A stretch of DNA of 64,000 bases from Bacteroidales bacterium (lineage in GTDB: Bacteria > Bacteroidota > Bacteroidia > Bacteroidales > WCHB1-69), in NCBI GenBank assembly GCA_024686335.1, contig JAILCI010000018.1:74652-138651 (forward strand). The letters are read 5' to 3'. The notes below the pieces were generated by a model. The model searched no databases, had not been told where the DNA came from, and saw only the letters and a list, made by a program, of their open reading frames with translations. The translations under genes and the position numbers were made by a program. The first letter of the stretch is position 1; the number at the start of each line of letters is the position of its first letter. Below, piece after piece: positions 62,320-64,000 of the stretch.

Positions 62320-64000
62320 ATGTGTGGCATTGTTGCATACATTGGTAAAAAAGAAGCCTATCCTATCTTAATGAAGGGGCTTCATCGTTTGGAATATCGC
62401 GGTTATGACAGTGCGGGTGTAGCTCTGATGCAGTCTGACCATATCACATTATACAAAAAACGCGGAAAAGTATCTGAACTCGAAGATTATTGCAGTACCA
62501 AAGACACCTCCGCACATGCGGGTATCGCACATACCCGTTGGGCTACTCATGGAGAGCCTAACGAGCAAAATGCCCACCCTCATCTTTCTGAAGACGGTAG
62601 CATAGCTTTAATACACAATGGTATCATAGAAAATTACCTCAGTCTGAAGATTGAACTTCAGAATAGAGGATACAAATTCCTCAGTGACACAGATACTGAG
62701 GTTATGGTCCACCTTATCAAAGAGATGCAAAAAACAAACAATGTCTCGCTAGAAGAGGCTGTTTTGTTGGCATTGGCACGTGTAGAGGGCACTTATGCCT
62801 TGGCTATTCTCTCAGTTGATGCTCCAGACCAACTGATACTCGCAAAAAAAGGTAGTCCGCTTTTGATCGGAGTTGGAGAAGACGAGTACTTCATTGGCTC
62901 TGATGGGGCACCTATCGTTGAATACACCAACAAAGTCGTCTATTTGGAAGATGGCGATGTGGCAGTGGTCTCACTAGGTAAAGAGATGCATATCCGCAAT
63001 ATTCGCGACGAGAAAAACCTTCTGAAGAACCCGCACTACCAGATGCTGGAGATGACTTTGGACCAGATTGAGAAAGGCGGATTTGAAACATACATGCTCA
63101 AGGAAATCTATGAGCAGCCGAAGTCCATCCGCGACAGTATGCGTGGTCGTATCAACCTCAAGAAAGAGGTTGTCTCACTCGGTGGTCTGATAGAATATGA
63201 GCAGAAAATGATGAACGCCAAGCGATTCATTATTGCAGCTTGCGGCACATCCTGGCATGCTGGCCTGGTAGCAGAATATCTGATTGAAAGTTTGGTACGT
63301 ATCCCAGTAGAAGTAGAATATGCTTCCGAATTCCGATACAGAGATCCTATCCTATATCCTGATGATGTTTTGATAGCCATCTCGCAGTCTGGCGAAACCG
63401 CCGACACTTTAGCGGCTGTAGACTTGGCAAAACGTCATGGGGCCACTGTCATCGGAATCTGCAACGTGGTAGGTTCCACGTTAGCGCGAGAGACAATGGC
63501 TGGTTCCTACACTCACGCCGGTCCAGAAATCGGTGTAGCTTCTACCAAAGCCTTCACCGCACAGGTTACTGTCTTGACCTTAATGGCTCTGAGTTTAGCA
63601 CAGCGCAAAGGAACCATCTCCAGATCAAAATACCATCAACTTATCAACGACTTGGAATCCATTCCTGAGAAGGTTGAACGCATTTTAGCTCAAGAGCAAC
63701 ACATCCAGAAGATTGCCCAGTTCGTGGCCACACGTCCGAACGCTCTCTTCTTGGGCCGCGGCATCAACTACCCTGTCGCCTTGGAAGGTGCGCTGAAGTT
63801 GAAAGAGATCTCCTACATCCATGCAGAAGGATATCCTGCCGCCGAGATGAAACATGGTCCAATCGCTCTCATCGACGAGCATATGCCTATTATCGTCATC
63901 GCTACAGAGCAGTTGACTTACGGCAAGATTGTCAGCAATATTCAAGAGGTTGTGGCACGTAAAGGAACTATCATCTCCATCGTCACTGAAGGAGATACAA
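62320..64000 (+). CDS. glmS: Glutamine--fructose-6-phosphate aminotransferase, partial (C-terminus beyond the right edge)
   Basis: Absent from the track because there is no stop in the window. Hand translation from ATG 62320 gives MCGIVAYIGKKEAYPILMKGLHRLEYRGYDSAGVAL..., with the N-terminal nucleophile Cys2. The frame stays open to 64000, and SIS-domain sequence (SQSGETADT) is visible around 63385. Confidence 0.9.
   Translation, partial: MCGIVAYIGKKEAYPILMKGLHRLEYRGYDSAGVALMQSDHITLYKKRGKVSELEDYCSTKDTSAHAGIAHTRWATHGEPNEQNAHPHLSEDGSIALIHNGIIENYLSLKIELQNRGYKFLSDTDTEVMVHLIKEMQKTNNVSLEEAVLLALARVEGTYALAILSVDAPDQLILAKKGSPLLIGVGEDEYFIGSDGAPIVEYTNKVVYLEDGDVAVVSLGKEMHIRNIRDEKNLLKNPHYQMLEMTLDQIEKGGFETYMLKEIYEQPKSIRDSMRGRINLKKEVVSLGGLIEYEQKMMNAKRFIIAACGTSWHAGLVAEYLIESLVRIPVEVEYASEFRYRDPILYPDDVLIAISQSGETADTLAAVDLAKRHGATVIGICNVVGSTLARETMAGSYTHAGPEIGVASTKAFTAQVTVLTLMALSLAQRKGTISRSKYHQLINDLESIPEKVERILAQEQHIQKIAQFVATRPNALFLGRGINYPVALEGALKLKEISYIHAEGYPAAEMKHGPIALIDEHMPIIVIATEQLTYGKIVSNIQEVVARKGTIISIVTEGDT

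Noticed and set aside
1-64000. CRISPR arrays, rRNA genes, integrases or prophage, toxin-antitoxin or recognisable defence systems
   Set aside because: I looked for regularly spaced direct repeats, rRNA-like conserved stretches and phage or recombinase-type ORFs on both strands and found none. The window is essentially core-genome housekeeping and envelope genes.

Overview
This is a dense 64-kb chromosomal segment from a Bacteroidota genome, probably Bacteroidales and Prevotella-like. The taxon call rests on TAnnTTTG -7 promoter boxes before most operons, a type IX secretion (T9SS) core operon, T9SS C-terminal sorting domains, FISUMP, DUF4270, DUF4295 and DUF5074-type proteins, and weak Shine-Dalgarno usage. 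I call about 57 CDS (two run off the window edges), one tRNA-Leu(GAG), 11 hairpin terminators and 22 promoter boxes. I see no rRNA, CRISPR array, prophage or integrase. The only mobile-element-related gene is an edge-truncated IS200-like Y1 transposase homologue.

Gene content, left to right:
- terC plus two GH20 hexosaminidases, a FISUMP lipoprotein and AMP nucleosidase
- a secreted M1 peptidase, ugd, rseP, a Cys/Met-family PLP enzyme, nadE and PBP1A
- a beta-helix protein paired with a small T9SS-CTD protein
- a tightly coupled xseB / O-methyltransferase / trmD / ATP-grasp / Wzy-like operon
- an OstA-like protein and two MORN-repeat proteins
- an orphan OmpR-type response regulator
- recQ / Skp-like / MORN / tnaA / DUF3109, then hldD
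- porP-porK-porL-porM-porN preceded by a 1145-aa outer-membrane protein
- a transketolase C-terminal half and an ECF sigma module
- rpsL-rpsG-fusA-rpsJ, obgE, rpmG-DUF4295, uvrC, and a glycogen-synthase-like / DUF4270 / glmS block

This is mostly core genome, and I do not see a convincing new multi-gene system. The items most worth a second look are:
1. A self-contained, sequence-divergent rpsL-rpsG-fusA-rpsJ module with its own promoter and terminator. It does not continue into rplC.
2. A GC- and purine-rich tandem-hairpin element in an otherwise AT-rich divergent promoter region (31690-31830).
3. A translationally coupled pair: a small T9SS-CTD protein and a CTD-less beta-helix protein.
4. 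Octamer-periodic intergenic arrays, including a 30-nt repeat present twice.
5. An identical 17-nt promoter core used four times for translation-related genes.

All family assignments are from reading motifs by eye. No searches were run.
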